Shown: positions 29,428-40,177, counted from the stretch's first letter. The stretch: 64,000 nucleotides of DNA from Promethearchaeota archaeon (GCA_048939625.1 JBHLPH010000009.1:1-64000); one strand, 5' to 3'. Numbers and translations are program-made. The notes: a model not told the origin generated them from the letters alone.

Positions 29428-30093
29428 CTAGAATTTTCGTTCTATGATTTCACCATTAGGTGCAGTTTCAGCAAAAATCTGTGCTTGAAACTTGAAAATT
29501 TTAACATCTAAATCCAGAAAACAGGAAGATGGTAATCCTGCTTTCTGACAACAACCTTGTAAAAACTCTTCAGCATTCCAGTCTTGCTCAGGAGCTACTT
29601 GCGGAAGAAGAAGGCCTCGATGCCAACCTTTTCCATGAACGATTAGACCGTCCCTACCGATGATAACATGCTGTGAAAGTTTTGTTCTATCTTCAATTAC
29701 GATTTCTTCAGGTTGTGTTAGAACACTAATTTCAATCAAGATCGAGTTAAATTCATTCTCGTGAACAGGAGGAAACCGCGGGTCATCAAAGGCGGAGCTT
29801 AATGCTGCTCTCCGAGTAGCCTCGATCAGAGATAATGGCTGTTGGTGACTACTTGGGCTGGGTTGTAGGTGACCGATACATCCTCTTAGATCCCACTCGG
29901 TTCTTTTAATGGATCCACGTTTTTTCAAGGTAACAAAAACGCCACGAGGTTCAAGCAAAGTGTCTGGCAGCCTTTCGGGAAGGTCTTCTAGTTGCTTTCC
30001 ACGGAAAGAGCTTTCAATCACCTTTCGTGCATATTGAATCAGGGTGGTTCCTTCATCCAAACTGAGTAGTCGTGACAATTCATGAGCCTCCAA
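29428..30093 (-). CDS. AMMECR1 family protein (AmmeMemoRadiSam protein A)
   Basis: GVFVTL, LRGCIG, DPRF, LLLPQVA.E, KAGL. Confidence 0.93.
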   Translation of the reverse strand: MEAHELSRLLSLDEGTTLIQYARKVIESSFRGKQLEDLPERLPDTLLEPRGVFVTLKKRGSIKRTEWDLRGCIGHLQPSPSSHQQPLSLIEATRRAALSSAFDDPRFPPVHENEFNSILIEISVLTQPEEIVIEDRTKLSQHVIIGRDGLIVHGKGWHRGLLLPQVAPEQDWNAEEFLQGCCQKAGLPSSCFLDLDVKIFKFQAQIFAETAPNGEIIERKF

Positions 30094-30098
30094 ATGGC

Positions 30099-30917
30099 TC
30101 AGGTTTTTTTCTGAGGTATAAATCGATTGGCCACCAATTGGACGAGATTACGTCTTATCAAAATATTCTCCATCATTCCCTTTTTCATCACGGGTAAAAG
30201 ATGCTGATGCTCTTTAAGAAGTAGATTAGCTGCTTTACTGACTTTCATGTTAGGTTTAGTTGTCAGTTCAGTTCGAGTAAGTATGTTGGAAACAAGAAAA
30301 TCGCGCAATCTCGTACTTTGATATTTAGCGGGGGTTTCGCGCCGAAATGCCACGAAGCCCAAGGCTAAACGTTTCTTCGTAACCAATCCAACAACCTTTC
30401 CTTCGTCAAAAACAGGTAATCCTGGCAAATTCTCCGTTAATAATACTTGACGCGCGTGAACTACACGGTCAGTTAGAGCCACGCTAATTGGGTTTTCTAA
30501 TTGGAGGTCACCCACACTTATGTTATCAACATCCAGACATTGCCGCACAAAATGTGTATTTGTAATGATTCCTATGATCTCCTCATCTTTCACAACTGGC
30601 AAGGCGCGTTCCTTACGTTTATAGAGCCTTTCAGCGGCATGAAACATGTCTGTTGTTGGTTCAACGAATTCGGGGTTTAGCTCCATAACTGAACTGATGT
30701 GGATACTTGCGGGTGATAATTTTCCAGCTCGCGCGGATCCTAATCGGTCAACAATATCCATTTCTGTAATCAATCCGATCAGACGATTTTCTTCGGTTAC
30801 TGGAATCGCAGATATACCTAATTTTTCCATTACGTCCAATGCGACAGGTATTGTTTGATCCTTATCGATGGTCTTTACTGGGGCAGCCATAACTTTCTCT
30901 ACTTGCACCAACCTCAC
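30099..30917 (-). CDS. Tandem CBS-domain protein
   Basis: Four CBS-like repeats (IPV..LIGLIT, LPV..IGIIT, etc.). Confidence 0.88.
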   Translation of the reverse strand: MRLVQVEKVMAAPVKTIDKDQTIPVALDVMEKLGISAIPVTEENRLIGLITEMDIVDRLGSARAGKLSPASIHISSVMELNPEFVEPTTDMFHAAERLYKRKERALPVVKDEEIIGIITNTHFVRQCLDVDNISVGDLQLENPISVALTDRVVHARQVLLTENLPGLPVFDEGKVVGLVTKKRLALGFVAFRRETPAKYQSTRLRDFLVSNILTRTELTTKPNMKVSKAANLLLKEHQHLLPVMKKGMMENILIRRNLVQLVANRFIPQKKT

Positions 30918-30988
30918 CTTAGTATTTATTATAACTAATTCACTTCAAAATAGTTTGGCTCTTACATGGGATGAATAAAATCTGCTGT

Positions 30989-32998
30989 TTATTCGCTTAC
31001 AAAGGCTACAGGACCAGGAGGTAAGACTGCGATAATTTCATCAATACTCAAAGCTTGGATTTGCACTCTCATCGACTCGGGGAATTGATTTGCAAACTGC
31101 GAGCGTAAATGTTTTGCAGCATCCGAGACTTTCATTCTTCCAGGAATCAGATTCACCAACACTTCTGTTTGCCCTTGAATTGGTGGCTTCGGGCCTGCAA
31201 TAATAATCGGAAAACCTTCTTCAACAATAACTCCCACCGCAATTTCTACTGGTGCATTCCGCACATAGTTTCTCTCTCCACGCACCATAACTGAACCTTT
31301 TGGTAGAAACTCTCCAGATGGTGCACTTAAAGAAACTTGATCACTGTTAACCCAATAAGTATCAGCTGCACTCCATCCTGCTTTCCAAGCCCGAGAATAG
31401 CTGACTGCAAAGGTAGCAATCTCTTGCAACTCAGTCTCTGTAACCTTTTGTCCTTCAGTTTTTGCAATCACAACAGGAGCCCCAGCAAAATCTGCGTGAA
31501 AAAGCAAATCAGGCTCATCAAGATATTTGCGGATTAATTGCTGATTACTTCCAGCATCGCGTCCTCCAAGAACTAGTATACCTTTTGATGTTCTAAACCA
31601 TCGAAACTTCTCATACCAACGTTTTTTACGCCGAAGAACCGGTTTCTCTGTCACCACTTGTTCTAAATCTTCTTCGTGTTTCTCTCGAAGTTTGGTGATT
31701 TTTGTTTCTGTGTCTTCAATGGCTATTGCTGCACCTTTGACTTTCTTCTCTAGTTGCTTGCTGCGTTGAAATAATTGGTTAGCGTTATCAGTAGCAGATA
31801 ATCGAATATCTAATGTTATTGATTGCTCTCTGAACTGAATATGAACTCGTCCTGCATGCTGCTCGATTTTTCGAAAAATCATCGCTGCGGGGATTTCTTT
31901 GCGCTTTCCCTCTTCAAGTCGTTTAGAGATTTCATTCCATGAGAGATTCTGTTGACGTGCTTCTTGAATTGTGGATAGAAGTTCTTCTACAATTGGGAGG
32001 TTTTGGTAGATGGTATTAGCTGATTCGCGGCTTTGGACAGCCCGGGATTGCATAGTATTCAGGTGTTCTTGTTGCTGATTTCGTAACCGTTGAAGTTTTA
32101 CCAGCTCCTGTTGATATTTTTGCTCTACGTGATCTACGGCAATGTCCTCAGTATGTGATGAATAGAACTCATCCAGGGCCTCATTGAAGTTGGCAAAATT
32201 CTTCCTCTTAGCTTTTGGATGCAAAGCACTTGTCAGAGGAACAACCCGAACCGGTTCCTCCTCCTCATTGAAAATAATTTGTGGACTTAAAGCTTCTTCA
32301 GCCAGCGTCTGGAAATATCTCTTCAATTCGGTATGGAGGGTTTTCCTTTTTTTCGCATCTAGACTAGACGCTATTGCTGTTGGTTCTAGTTTAGCAGTTG
32401 CCAGGATCTCCTCAACAGTTGTTCCACTCATATTCAAGTTCCGTGCTAATGTGCGAATTAGCTCATGATCAGATTGGTCCAGTATCTCATTCAAGTTTTT
32501 TAGTGAAATCTTTCGTGGGTCCATGGCTCTGAGTGGAGGAAACTGAAATGGGGCTCCACGTACTATATCCCGGTCTCTCATACGCCGAAAGGTCATCGCT
32601 GAAATAATTCGGTTCTGGGGATCGAGTAAAATGGCATTTCCACCACCAAAGAGCTCAATGACTAAAGTAAAACGTTTTTCTGGGGGTCCAGCTCGAAGAT
32701 ATACTACCCTATCAAAATCGTGTTGCTCGATTTCTGAAATTTTATGATCACGTAGTTGCTTTCGGAGTGCTTTGCAAAACGCGCGAAGTTTCGCCTCCCT
32801 CTCATAGGTTAAAGCTGTAAGGTGCATGCGCTTGCCAGGTTCAATTAATAACCAAATTTTATTAGGTGAATCAGAACTGAGCTTAAAAAGCAGCGTACCG
32901 TTAAGTTGATAAATATTCAGAATCCATCTCCCGACTACTATATCCTTGATTTCGCGCAACATGACGAAAACATCGGAAGCAGACATACTTGAATTCAC
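30989..32998 (-). CDS. rqcH: Ribosome rescue protein RqcH/NEMF (Rqc2)
   Basis: DR, ELFGGGN.IL, WYEKFRWF, GGRDA..N, FHAD..GAP, PSGE.LPKGS. Confidence 0.93.
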   Translation of the reverse strand: MNSSMSASDVFVMLREIKDIVVGRWILNIYQLNGTLLFKLSSDSPNKIWLLIEPGKRMHLTALTYEREAKLRAFCKALRKQLRDHKISEIEQHDFDRVVYLRAGPPEKRFTLVIELFGGGNAILLDPQNRIISAMTFRRMRDRDIVRGAPFQFPPLRAMDPRKISLKNLNEILDQSDHELIRTLARNLNMSGTTVEEILATAKLEPTAIASSLDAKKRKTLHTELKRYFQTLAEEALSPQIIFNEEEEPVRVVPLTSALHPKAKRKNFANFNEALDEFYSSHTEDIAVDHVEQKYQQELVKLQRLRNQQQEHLNTMQSRAVQSRESANTIYQNLPIVEELLSTIQEARQQNLSWNEISKRLEEGKRKEIPAAMIFRKIEQHAGRVHIQFREQSITLDIRLSATDNANQLFQRSKQLEKKVKGAAIAIEDTETKITKLREKHEEDLEQVVTEKPVLRRKKRWYEKFRWFRTSKGILVLGGRDAGSNQQLIRKYLDEPDLLFHADFAGAPVVIAKTEGQKVTETELQEIATFAVSYSRAWKAGWSAADTYWVNSDQVSLSAPSGEFLPKGSVMVRGERNYVRNAPVEIAVGVIVEEGFPIIIAGPKPPIQGQTEVLVNLIPGRMKVSDAAKHLRSQFANQFPESMRVQIQALSIDEIIAVLPPGPVAFVSE

Positions 32999-33010
32999 GG
33001 AGGCTCACCA

Positions 33011-33367
33011 TTGTCTAAAAAATATCTTCCCGACGAACCCTTACCTTGGAACCAATTTTGGCGTAATCGCATTACTCCTGAAGATTTGATTTATTATACC
33101 AGGCTAATTTTTGGTCTTATTGGAGCAGCAATTGCATCAGCCTTTAACTTTTCGGGTCTCTTAGGGCTGGTAGGCTTCTTTGTAGGTATCATCTTGGTTG
33201 TTGTATCATATTTAATTCCAATCTACATTCTAGGCGTGGATCCCCAAGAAATCGGTGGGCACGGAAAGGGACTCATGAAAGGTCTGGGAACAGGAGCATT
33301 GATTTTCCTCGTAGTTTGGTTCTTAGTATTTAATTTCATTTATTATTATTCAGCAATAACTCCTTGA
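33011..33367 (+). CDS. EMC6-like three-TM membrane protein
   Basis: Y.R...G..G.....G..G.F and G......L..W....N pattern resembling EMC6/Rab5ip. Confidence 0.65.
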   Translation: MSKKYLPDEPLPWNQFWRNRITPEDLIYYTRLIFGLIGAAIASAFNFSGLLGLVGFFVGIILVVVSYLIPIYILGVDPQEIGGHGKGLMKGLGTGALIFLVVWFLVFNFIYYYSAITP

Positions 33368-33471
33368 ACTTCATTAAGGATTTCGTCTAAAAAACTGGGG
33401 TCTTTTGAGGAAACCTTAATAGGTTACCTTTCCTAGTGGCGTTTTATACATTATATCCTTGAGGGAATTAA

Positions 33472-33999
33472 GTGAAACTGGATGACAAGGATTTACACAT
33501 TCTCTCTCTACTCCAAAAAGATGGTCGTGCAAAGTACACGCAAATCGCTAGAACCTTATCCAAAGCGATGAATCAAAACATTCCAGATACTACCATTTTA
33601 TTTCGTATTCGAAAACTCCAACAGGCTGGAGTGATAAAACGGTTTACTGTTAGCATAGACCCAGAGATGCTAGACTATACTGTCTCGGGTGTGATGTTCA
33701 TTGAAATTGGTGGACATATTCTCCGAGATATTACAATAGAGCACACACAGAAAATTAAAGCTGAACTTGAAAGCCGATCAAATGTGATATTTCTTGCTCT
33801 CAATGAAACAGAAACCGGACTTTTTGCGATTATTCTCGGAAAACAGACAACGGATCTTGAAGAAATTTTTGATAAATTGAAAGACAACCCTGATGTTGTT
33901 GATGCAAAACTATGGTTCTTAAAACAACCAACAAAAGGTGACAGCCTAATTGGCACAGGCTTACCTATAATTGAATCGGAGGAAATAGATGATGTCTGA
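33472..33999 (+). CDS. Lrp/AsnC family regulator
   Basis: LDDKD..IL..LQ.DGR...RI.KL...GVI. Confidence 0.88.
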   Translation: MKLDDKDLHILSLLQKDGRAKYTQIARTLSKAMNQNIPDTTILFRIRKLQQAGVIKRFTVSIDPEMLDYTVSGVMFIEIGGHILRDITIEHTQKIKAELESRSNVIFLALNETETGLFAIILGKQTTDLEEIFDKLKDNPDVVDAKLWFLKQPTKGDSLIGTGLPIIESEEIDDV

Positions 34000-34729
34000 G
34001 ACATCAGAAAGGGTGAAGACAGGAATTCCTGGGTTAGACGGAATCCTACATGGAGGGTTCATTCCTGGAAGTAACGTGCTTGTCTCTGGAGGGGCCGGCA
34101 CTGGAAAGACGATCTTCTGTATGCAGTTTCTGTATTCGGGAGCGATGAAATATGGTGACAACGGTGTGTTTGTCACCTTAGAAGAGCGACCAAAAGAGTT
34201 GCGCCATGAAGCAACGCGTTTTGGATGGAACTTTGAGAAATTGCAGGAAGAGGAAAAACTCATCATCGTGGATGCGGCTTCAAGCAAAGCGGGACTACCA
34301 ACCACAGAACCACACGCAATTCGAACGGGACTTGACATCAATGCGCTTGCACAAGAAATCTATCGAGTAACAAAGCGAATCAATGCACGACGTATCGTCA
34401 TCGATTCAGTGTCTGGTCTTGGTATCCGCTTTGAAGGAATAGCCGCGGTACGAAATGCGATTTTCAAGTTATCTAGTTTGTTACGAGAGCTTGGAGCAAC
34501 ATCAATCATGACTTCTGAGGTTGCAGAAGGCTCAACTGGATTTAGCAGGTATGGCGTTGAAGAATTCATTGCCCAAGGCCTTATCATTCTCTCACTTACA
34601 GAGCAAGATAGGGAATTACGTCGCAGTCTTGTTGTTCGAAAAATGCGACAAACTGGACATAGCCTTAAGCGGTTTCCTTTCGAAATTAGTAGTTCTGGGC
34701 TTGTCGTAATGCCCGGTGGCGAATTATAA
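33989..34729 (+). CDS. KaiC-like RecA-family ATPase
   Basis: TGIPGLD, GGAGTGKT, EE, IDS, KMR, FEI...G. Confidence 0.92.
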   Translation: MMSETSERVKTGIPGLDGILHGGFIPGSNVLVSGGAGTGKTIFCMQFLYSGAMKYGDNGVFVTLEERPKELRHEATRFGWNFEKLQEEEKLIIVDAASSKAGLPTTEPHAIRTGLDINALAQEIYRVTKRINARRIVIDSVSGLGIRFEGIAAVRNAIFKLSSLLRELGATSIMTSEVAEGSTGFSRYGVEEFIAQGLIILSLTEQDRELRRSLVVRKMRQTGHSLKRFPFEISSSGLVVMPGGEL

Positions 34730-34744
34730 ACCCTAGAAGGCCTC

Positions 34745-35323
34745 TCACAATAAAGTAGTCAGAATCAGCAAAGTAGTGAATACTATGCAAAAATAGACTA
34801 TCAACGGAACTTCAACCACTTGCCATTGTTCGTTTTGTGAATGCGCTTTAGAAAGGGATCGTGTCAGCCAATATGTTTTCTTTTTTGGTTTGTGGACGAT
34901 GTCTATAGTCTTCGATAACTGGTTCCATTTCACTATGTTTCGAATTAAAAGCCATAGGCTATGAGCTCCAAGTAAAATGTATCCTCCGATTAGAATGCTG
35001 AAAGGCGCTACTATGATCCAAAAGGAGTCAAGAATTATCCATGGGTATAGTACTGAAACTATCAGTATTACTTTCCCATCTGCGCCTCCTAGTAATCCAA
35101 CTTGGAAAGCAACTATTACTATTATGAATACAACCAAAATCTGAATTAAATACACAAACCATAATCCGGTGAATGATATACGAATAATCGTGATTGGTGA
35201 AGCTAAAAGTCCTACGAGCCACACCCAATTGGAAACTTCTTTTGTTTGATAGTCCTGAATTGATGCAATCACTAGAAGAAGAAAGACGAAAGTAGCTGTA
35301 GCGATTCCGAGGTAAAGGTCCAA
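34745..35323 (-). CDS. A24 prepilin/preflagellin peptidase-like protein
   Basis: AS.QD...EV.N and GGADGK aspartate motifs; multiple TM helices. Confidence 0.85.
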   Translation of the reverse strand: MDLYLGIATATFVFLLLVIASIQDYQTKEVSNWVWLVGLLASPITIIRISFTGLWFVYLIQILVVFIIVIVAFQVGLLGGADGKVILIVSVLYPWIILDSFWIIVAPFSILIGGYILLGAHSLWLLIRNIVKWNQLSKTIDIVHKPKKKTYWLTRSLSKAHSQNEQWQVVEVPLIVYFCIVFTTLLILTTLL

Positions 35324-35381
35324 TGACTACCCTCAAGCATATTGTGTACTCGATACTTAAAGCACTAACAAATATTGAAAA

Positions 35382-35627
35382 CTATTCTGCTATGATTCCA
35401 CTTCGTAAAAATCGTATATAGATGTATATTCCAAGAATTATGAAGGCAATTATTTGGACTGCAAGCCCAACGGAGAGAAGGGCTATTCCAGCTTCAAGAA
35501 AACCCGTGATTTTTCCAATAAAGATAACGCTAATACCACTAAGTAACAAGATGAAGATAAAGATCGATTCTAACAACGTTCCAAACCGACTAAGTAAGGT
35601 TCGAAAACGAGAGTTAACAGTTGACAC
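35382..35627 (-). CDS. Small two-TM membrane protein
   Basis: GGTG SD plus GTG; two hydrophobic helices. Confidence 0.55.
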   Translation of the reverse strand: MSTVNSRFRTLLSRFGTLLESIFIFILLLSGISVIFIGKITGFLEAGIALLSVGLAVQIIAFIILGIYIYIRFLRSGIIAE

Positions 35628-35757
35628 GCTTCTATCACCAGCTATTAGGTTACCAAATTATTCACGGGGAGGATTTGAGCAGTATTCAGATTAGAATATA
35701 AATGTACGCCCAGCGGCTAGAAAATTAATGGTTTAAAATTGATGTGAGGTAGTAACT

Positions 35758-36036
35758 CTAGATTGCGTTAATAATGACCTGCTTAACAGCAGGTTCGCAA
35801 ACCTTCCGGACTCCGTGTTCGCCTGGTTCATAGTGGCTCTTAATCAGTCCTGCTTGTTCAAGAATTTTAACCTGAGCTGAAATATTCGCCTCAGTTTGTT
35901 TTAGTGCCTTTGCGATACGACTTACATCCATACTCTTTTCACGAAGAAGAGAAATGATGTCCCACCTTGTTTTACTGGAAAGCGCCTTAGCCACACGTGG
36001 CACCTCTTCATCAGGTACTTCGAATCGTTCATTCAA
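35758..36036 (-). CDS. ArsR-family HTH regulator
   Basis: KALSS.TR..I..LL, N.S..V..LE.AGLI, G.RK.C; start placed at TTG 36036 after GGTGGGAG. Confidence 0.85.
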   Translation of the reverse strand: MNERFEVPDEEVPRVAKALSSKTRWDIISLLREKSMDVSRIAKALKQTEANISAQVKILEQAGLIKSHYEPGEHGVRKVCEPAVKQVIINAI

Positions 36037-36275
36037 TTTATTGGGCTCCCACCGCAGCAATATGATGAAACAGTAGGCAATTCATAGGCTCTCCCTAATA
36101 TACGTTTCCCAATTTAATTAAGCGGAGAGTTATCTAAACATTTAATCACCTTAACGAAGATTTCTCCCTTAGATTCGGATGCGAATTATCAGGACTCGTT
36201 AAAGTCGCTTGAAAATAAACGCCAGCCACATCAGAATGTGCCAATAGTTTTTTTCGTGGTGGTAAAGAACTTCAT

Positions 36276-37184
36276 GTGATTAATGTGCATCGTCTAGCTA
36301 AGATTCTCCCCAAGATTCAATTGGATGAAATTCAGGTTCTTCAAACACTTGAAGAAATAACTCACCGTTTTGAATATGTTCCACCCGAGGAGATTCAGAA
36401 ACGAATAGCAATTGATGCTGAAGAAGTTCTGTTCATTCTTAGCAAACTGAATAAACGAGGTTTGATTCAAAGAACAAAGAAACGGTATCTTGGTTATCGA
36501 CTCTCTCAAATGGGATTCGACGCTCTAGCGCTTTATGAATTGGCCCAAAAAGATGTCATCCTCTCTATAGGACAACCTTATGGAGAAGGCAAAGAGGCAA
36601 CGGTCTATCGCGCACTTGATGCAATGGAAAAGGAAGTCGCTGTGAAGTTTCTCCGATGGGGTCGATCAAGCTTTCGAAGTGTTCGTCGATTAAGAACCCT
36701 AAAAGACGAGGGAACCTTTTCATGGATGGATTTGAGTAAACGAGCCGCAAACCGAGAATTTCGCGCTCTTAGGAAACTTCAGAAGGTAGGAGCACAGGTT
36801 CCCCACCCTATCGCGGTTAACCGCCATGTAATTGTGATGTCAAAAATATCAGGTCAACTTCTTCTAGATATTATGGATTTTAAAAAACCACAAAATGTCT
36901 TCGAAAGAATAATCCAACAAGTAAAACTTGCATATGAAAAAGCTGAAATCGTTCATGGCGATTTAAGCGAGTATAATATCTTTGTAGATGAAGAAGACCA
37001 AATAATTCTCTTTGATTGGCCACAATGGCAGCCTTTAACACATCCCAATGCTTTATGGTTGCTCAAGCGAGACATCACAAATGTAGCTACCTTCTTCAGA
37101 CGCAGATTTCGTCTTCAATATGACGTTAATGAAATTCTTGAGACAATAATTGCTAGTTCCGAAAGGAAGAGAAAGAATGACTAA
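36276..37184 (+). CDS. rio2: Rio2 atypical protein kinase
   Basis: N-terminal wHTH, G.D.LAL, GEGKEA.V, HGDLSEYNI, DWPQ. Confidence 0.93.
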   Translation: MINVHRLAKILPKIQLDEIQVLQTLEEITHRFEYVPPEEIQKRIAIDAEEVLFILSKLNKRGLIQRTKKRYLGYRLSQMGFDALALYELAQKDVILSIGQPYGEGKEATVYRALDAMEKEVAVKFLRWGRSSFRSVRRLRTLKDEGTFSWMDLSKRAANREFRALRKLQKVGAQVPHPIAVNRHVIVMSKISGQLLLDIMDFKKPQNVFERIIQQVKLAYEKAEIVHGDLSEYNIFVDEEDQIILFDWPQWQPLTHPNALWLLKRDITNVATFFRRRFRLQYDVNEILETIIASSERKRKND

Positions 37185-39252
37185 AACAAATCAGCCAGTA
37201 ATAATAGGATTCGACATTCTTCCAAAAAGCTCCCCTTCCGCACGAAGATCACCTCGCTATGCTTTGGCTACAATAAATGAGGAGGGGCAATTAGTGGTTA
37301 ACAGCCCAATAACACGCACAGAAATGCTAAAGCAAATTCGTCGAACCAAACCGGAAATACTTGCTACTGATAATCTCTTTGAGCTAGCTTCCACTGAGAA
37401 AGAGGTTATCGATTTTCTCTCGAAAATTCCTTCAAAAACCCGAATTATGCAGGTAACAGGATCCCCGATACATGGCCTGACATCACTAACAAAGCTAGCA
37501 AAAAGACAGGGACTCAAAGTACACAGTCACCCAGAACCCGTAGAATCTGCAAAACTAATTGTACAACTTGCTGCATTAGGGATTGGAACCGAAGTTTCAG
37601 TCTTAGCACGAGAAACTCGTGTTATTGTTTCACGAGCTCGTAATATTGGTCCTGGTGGTTTTTCTCAGGCGCGTTTTCAAAGACGAATGCATGGAGCAAT
37701 TCAACAAGTTTCACGAAGTATAATTGAAAAAATCGGGAAAGCCCAGATCGATTATGATCAATTCGAGACACGAACAACCCATGGGCTATCTCGTTGTTTA
37801 ATTCATGTTTATGAGTCCTATGACAATGTGAGTAAAATTATTCAATCGGAAATTAATCGAATTGCAGGTGTTGCCGTTCGAATTTCTCCCGTTAAACATC
37901 GTACAATTTTGTATCAACAAAAGAAAGATATCAATGGCCATTATGATGCTCGTCGTTTACTTGTAATCGGTGTGGATGCTGGAACCACAGTTGGAATTGC
38001 GATTGCTGATATTAATGGGCGATTACTAGCACTCAATAGTGGTCGCGGGTTATCTCGGGGAGATGTTATTCGATATCTGGTCGAGTATGGAAAGCCAGTA
38101 CTAATAGCTGCTGATGTGTCTCCCGCACCCAGCTTTGTTGAGAAACTTACTACAACTCTGCAAACTCATCTGTTTGTTCCCGAACGACTATTATCAGTGG
38201 CAGAAAAACGAAAGCTCGCAAAATCCTTTGGTAAAGACTCGGATATTCAACCACGTAACGCTCATCAGCGTGATGCTTTAGCAGCTATAGCTAGTGCTTT
38301 CCAAGTTTATGGGCAAAGAATTGACTTGTTAAAAGCTAGAATTGCTAGCCTAGAACAAAAACACGATTTAACAGAAGCGGTGAAGATAGTGATACAGAAC
38401 GGGTCAATTCAGGAGGCCCTAGAAAAATCAGTTATTTCAGAAAAAGAAACAGTAACTGAAAAGGCAACAATACCACCTCCTTCAGACAGAATTACAGAAC
38501 CAACACTAGAACGTCTTCAGACCACAATTTCTCAATTACGCCGCCAAATCGAATCTCTTCAGCGTCAGCTCGGGTTTGAAAAATCAAAGTTTCTTCAATC
38601 TCAAGAAGCATTAGAAGAGCTTAAGAAAGAATACCAACAAGCCAAACGCCAGTTGAATCGAATACTCACCGTTGAAAGACGAGAACAACGACGAGACGAA
38701 TTGATTCAAAGAAGAAATGCAGAGATCACACGATTACAGACATCAATGCAGAAAACAAATGCAAGATTACAAGTTGCAGAACAAATAATCTCAAACCTGA
38801 AACTAATGCGACAGCTTGAAAATCGGGGAGAAGTTCAACCACTCCTAGTTCTACAACATTTCTCTCAAGTAGAGATTAGACAATTAAAGACCCGGTATAC
38901 AAGAAAGAGAAGAAAACTTGTCTTAATACATGATCCAAGTGGAGGTGGGAGCTCAACAGCTGATCAATTAATCCAGTTCGGTGTTCAAGTTATCATCTCA
39001 AAAGGCATCATGTCGCATCTAGCCCTCGAGAAATTTACATCTGCTCAAATTCCGGTTCTTGATGCATCAAAACTTCGAATCACGATGGTAGATGAGTTTG
39101 CAGTAGTAAATATTGAGGAATTGGAAAAGGAAATTAGTCGTTGGCAAAAACTTCACAAGATTTCAGAACACGAAGAAGCTGCAGACTCTTTAGAACGTCT
39201 TATTGACGAATACCGAGAAGAAAGACGGAATCAGGAATCTAAAAGAAAATAG
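37177..39252 (+). CDS. DUF460 domain protein (RNase H-like domain plus coiled coil)
   Basis: LA.DN..EL, GG.SQ.R..R, IGVDAGTTVGIA, H.RDALAA; start at ATG 37177. Confidence 0.85.
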   Translation: MTKTNQPVIIGFDILPKSSPSARRSPRYALATINEEGQLVVNSPITRTEMLKQIRRTKPEILATDNLFELASTEKEVIDFLSKIPSKTRIMQVTGSPIHGLTSLTKLAKRQGLKVHSHPEPVESAKLIVQLAALGIGTEVSVLARETRVIVSRARNIGPGGFSQARFQRRMHGAIQQVSRSIIEKIGKAQIDYDQFETRTTHGLSRCLIHVYESYDNVSKIIQSEINRIAGVAVRISPVKHRTILYQQKKDINGHYDARRLLVIGVDAGTTVGIAIADINGRLLALNSGRGLSRGDVIRYLVEYGKPVLIAADVSPAPSFVEKLTTTLQTHLFVPERLLSVAEKRKLAKSFGKDSDIQPRNAHQRDALAAIASAFQVYGQRIDLLKARIASLEQKHDLTEAVKIVIQNGSIQEALEKSVISEKETVTEKATIPPPSDRITEPTLERLQTTISQLRRQIESLQRQLGFEKSKFLQSQEALEELKKEYQQAKRQLNRILTVERREQRRDELIQRRNAEITRLQTSMQKTNARLQVAEQIISNLKLMRQLENRGEVQPLLVLQHFSQVEIRQLKTRYTRKRRKLVLIHDPSGGGSSTADQLIQFGVQVIISKGIMSHLALEKFTSAQIPVLDASKLRITMVDEFAVVNIEELEKEISRWQKLHKISEHEEAADSLERLIDEYREERRNQESKRK

Positions 39253-39257
39253 AAGTT

Positions 39258-39509
39258 CTATTCTTTGTTTTCCCAGATGATTTGTGTGAGATCTGGTTTT
39301 ATGTATAGGATGTTATTCCCTCGGATTAAAACCTCACCAAATTTAGCAGTTGGATTGCCATCCATTAGTTCCTCAGCCCCTTCCAATACGAGATTCATGT
39401 ACATGTCAATTTCTTTAAGGCGTCCTCGGTATTCTTTCCCGTCTTTAAGTTTGATTAGAACTAGGTTACTAGCTGCTTTTTGTAAAATCTTGATGGGCTG
39501 GTTCTCCAC
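39258..39509 (-). CDS. Sm-like (Lsm/SmAP) protein
   Basis: LKDG.EYRG.L...D.YMNLVL, IRGNNI. Confidence 0.93.
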   Translation of the reverse strand: MENQPIKILQKAASNLVLIKLKDGKEYRGRLKEIDMYMNLVLEGAEELMDGNPTAKFGEVLIRGNNILYIKPDLTQIIWENKE

Positions 39510-39603
39510 GGTTTTCAACCTCGAGAGTAGTTCTGCTAATTGTTGAATGCCACTTAAAGCTAACGGTCGAATAGACAGTTACATAGAGCTGAATAGATTT
39601 AAC

Positions 39604-40137
39604 TCACGAGAGCTGTACAAGCACCCCATCATCTTCCTCGGCGAGGCCTTCAAACCTTCTAATTATGGTATAATTCATCTTAAGAAGGGCTTCAATTTCT
39701 TGGACAGGAAGAATTCTCGATAGGCTGGTCACTGCAAGCGTTCCGTCTTTTTGGAGGACTCGGGTGAGTTCTTCAATGCCCAAACGCACATCTAGTAGGT
39801 TTTGAAGCATTGTTATACTAATCACAGTAGGCATACAATGTGCCCTAAAAGGTAAAGCTTCGGCAACAGCACACACAAAACATACCAAAGACGAACGATG
39901 TTTCCACTCCTCGTTTCGTCTCATGGCTTCTCCAAGCATTTCAATCGATCCATCGACACCTACAACAGGAGAAAGTCCTATCAATGAGGGCAATCCGATT
40001 CCGGTTCCCACACCAACATCAAGAATGGGTCCTTGTTGTAGAAATGGCATAATTGCTTGATATTTTTGCTTTTGAATCTTCAGATACCGCTTATGGTATG
40101 TAAGCGCCGATTCGTTATACAATCGAACTTTTCGCAC
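39604..40137 (-). CDS. Class I SAM-dependent methyltransferase
   Basis: ILDVGVGTG, GVD.S..ML, AE.LPF. Confidence 0.85.
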   Translation of the reverse strand: MRKVRLYNESALTYHKRYLKIQKQKYQAIMPFLQQGPILDVGVGTGIGLPSLIGLSPVVGVDGSIEMLGEAMRRNEEWKHRSSLVCFVCAVAEALPFRAHCMPTVISITMLQNLLDVRLGIEELTRVLQKDGTLAVTSLSRILPVQEIEALLKMNYTIIRRFEGLAEEDDGVLVQLS

Positions 40138-40177
40138 AATCTCTATCTTCGAGTGAATACTTATTTAGAATTATGGA

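Noticed and set aside
29840-29925. Short insertions and a GGATCC hairpin in the AMMECR1 gene as another BHB intron
   Set aside because: No 3-4-3 geometry could be built, and the frame is intact
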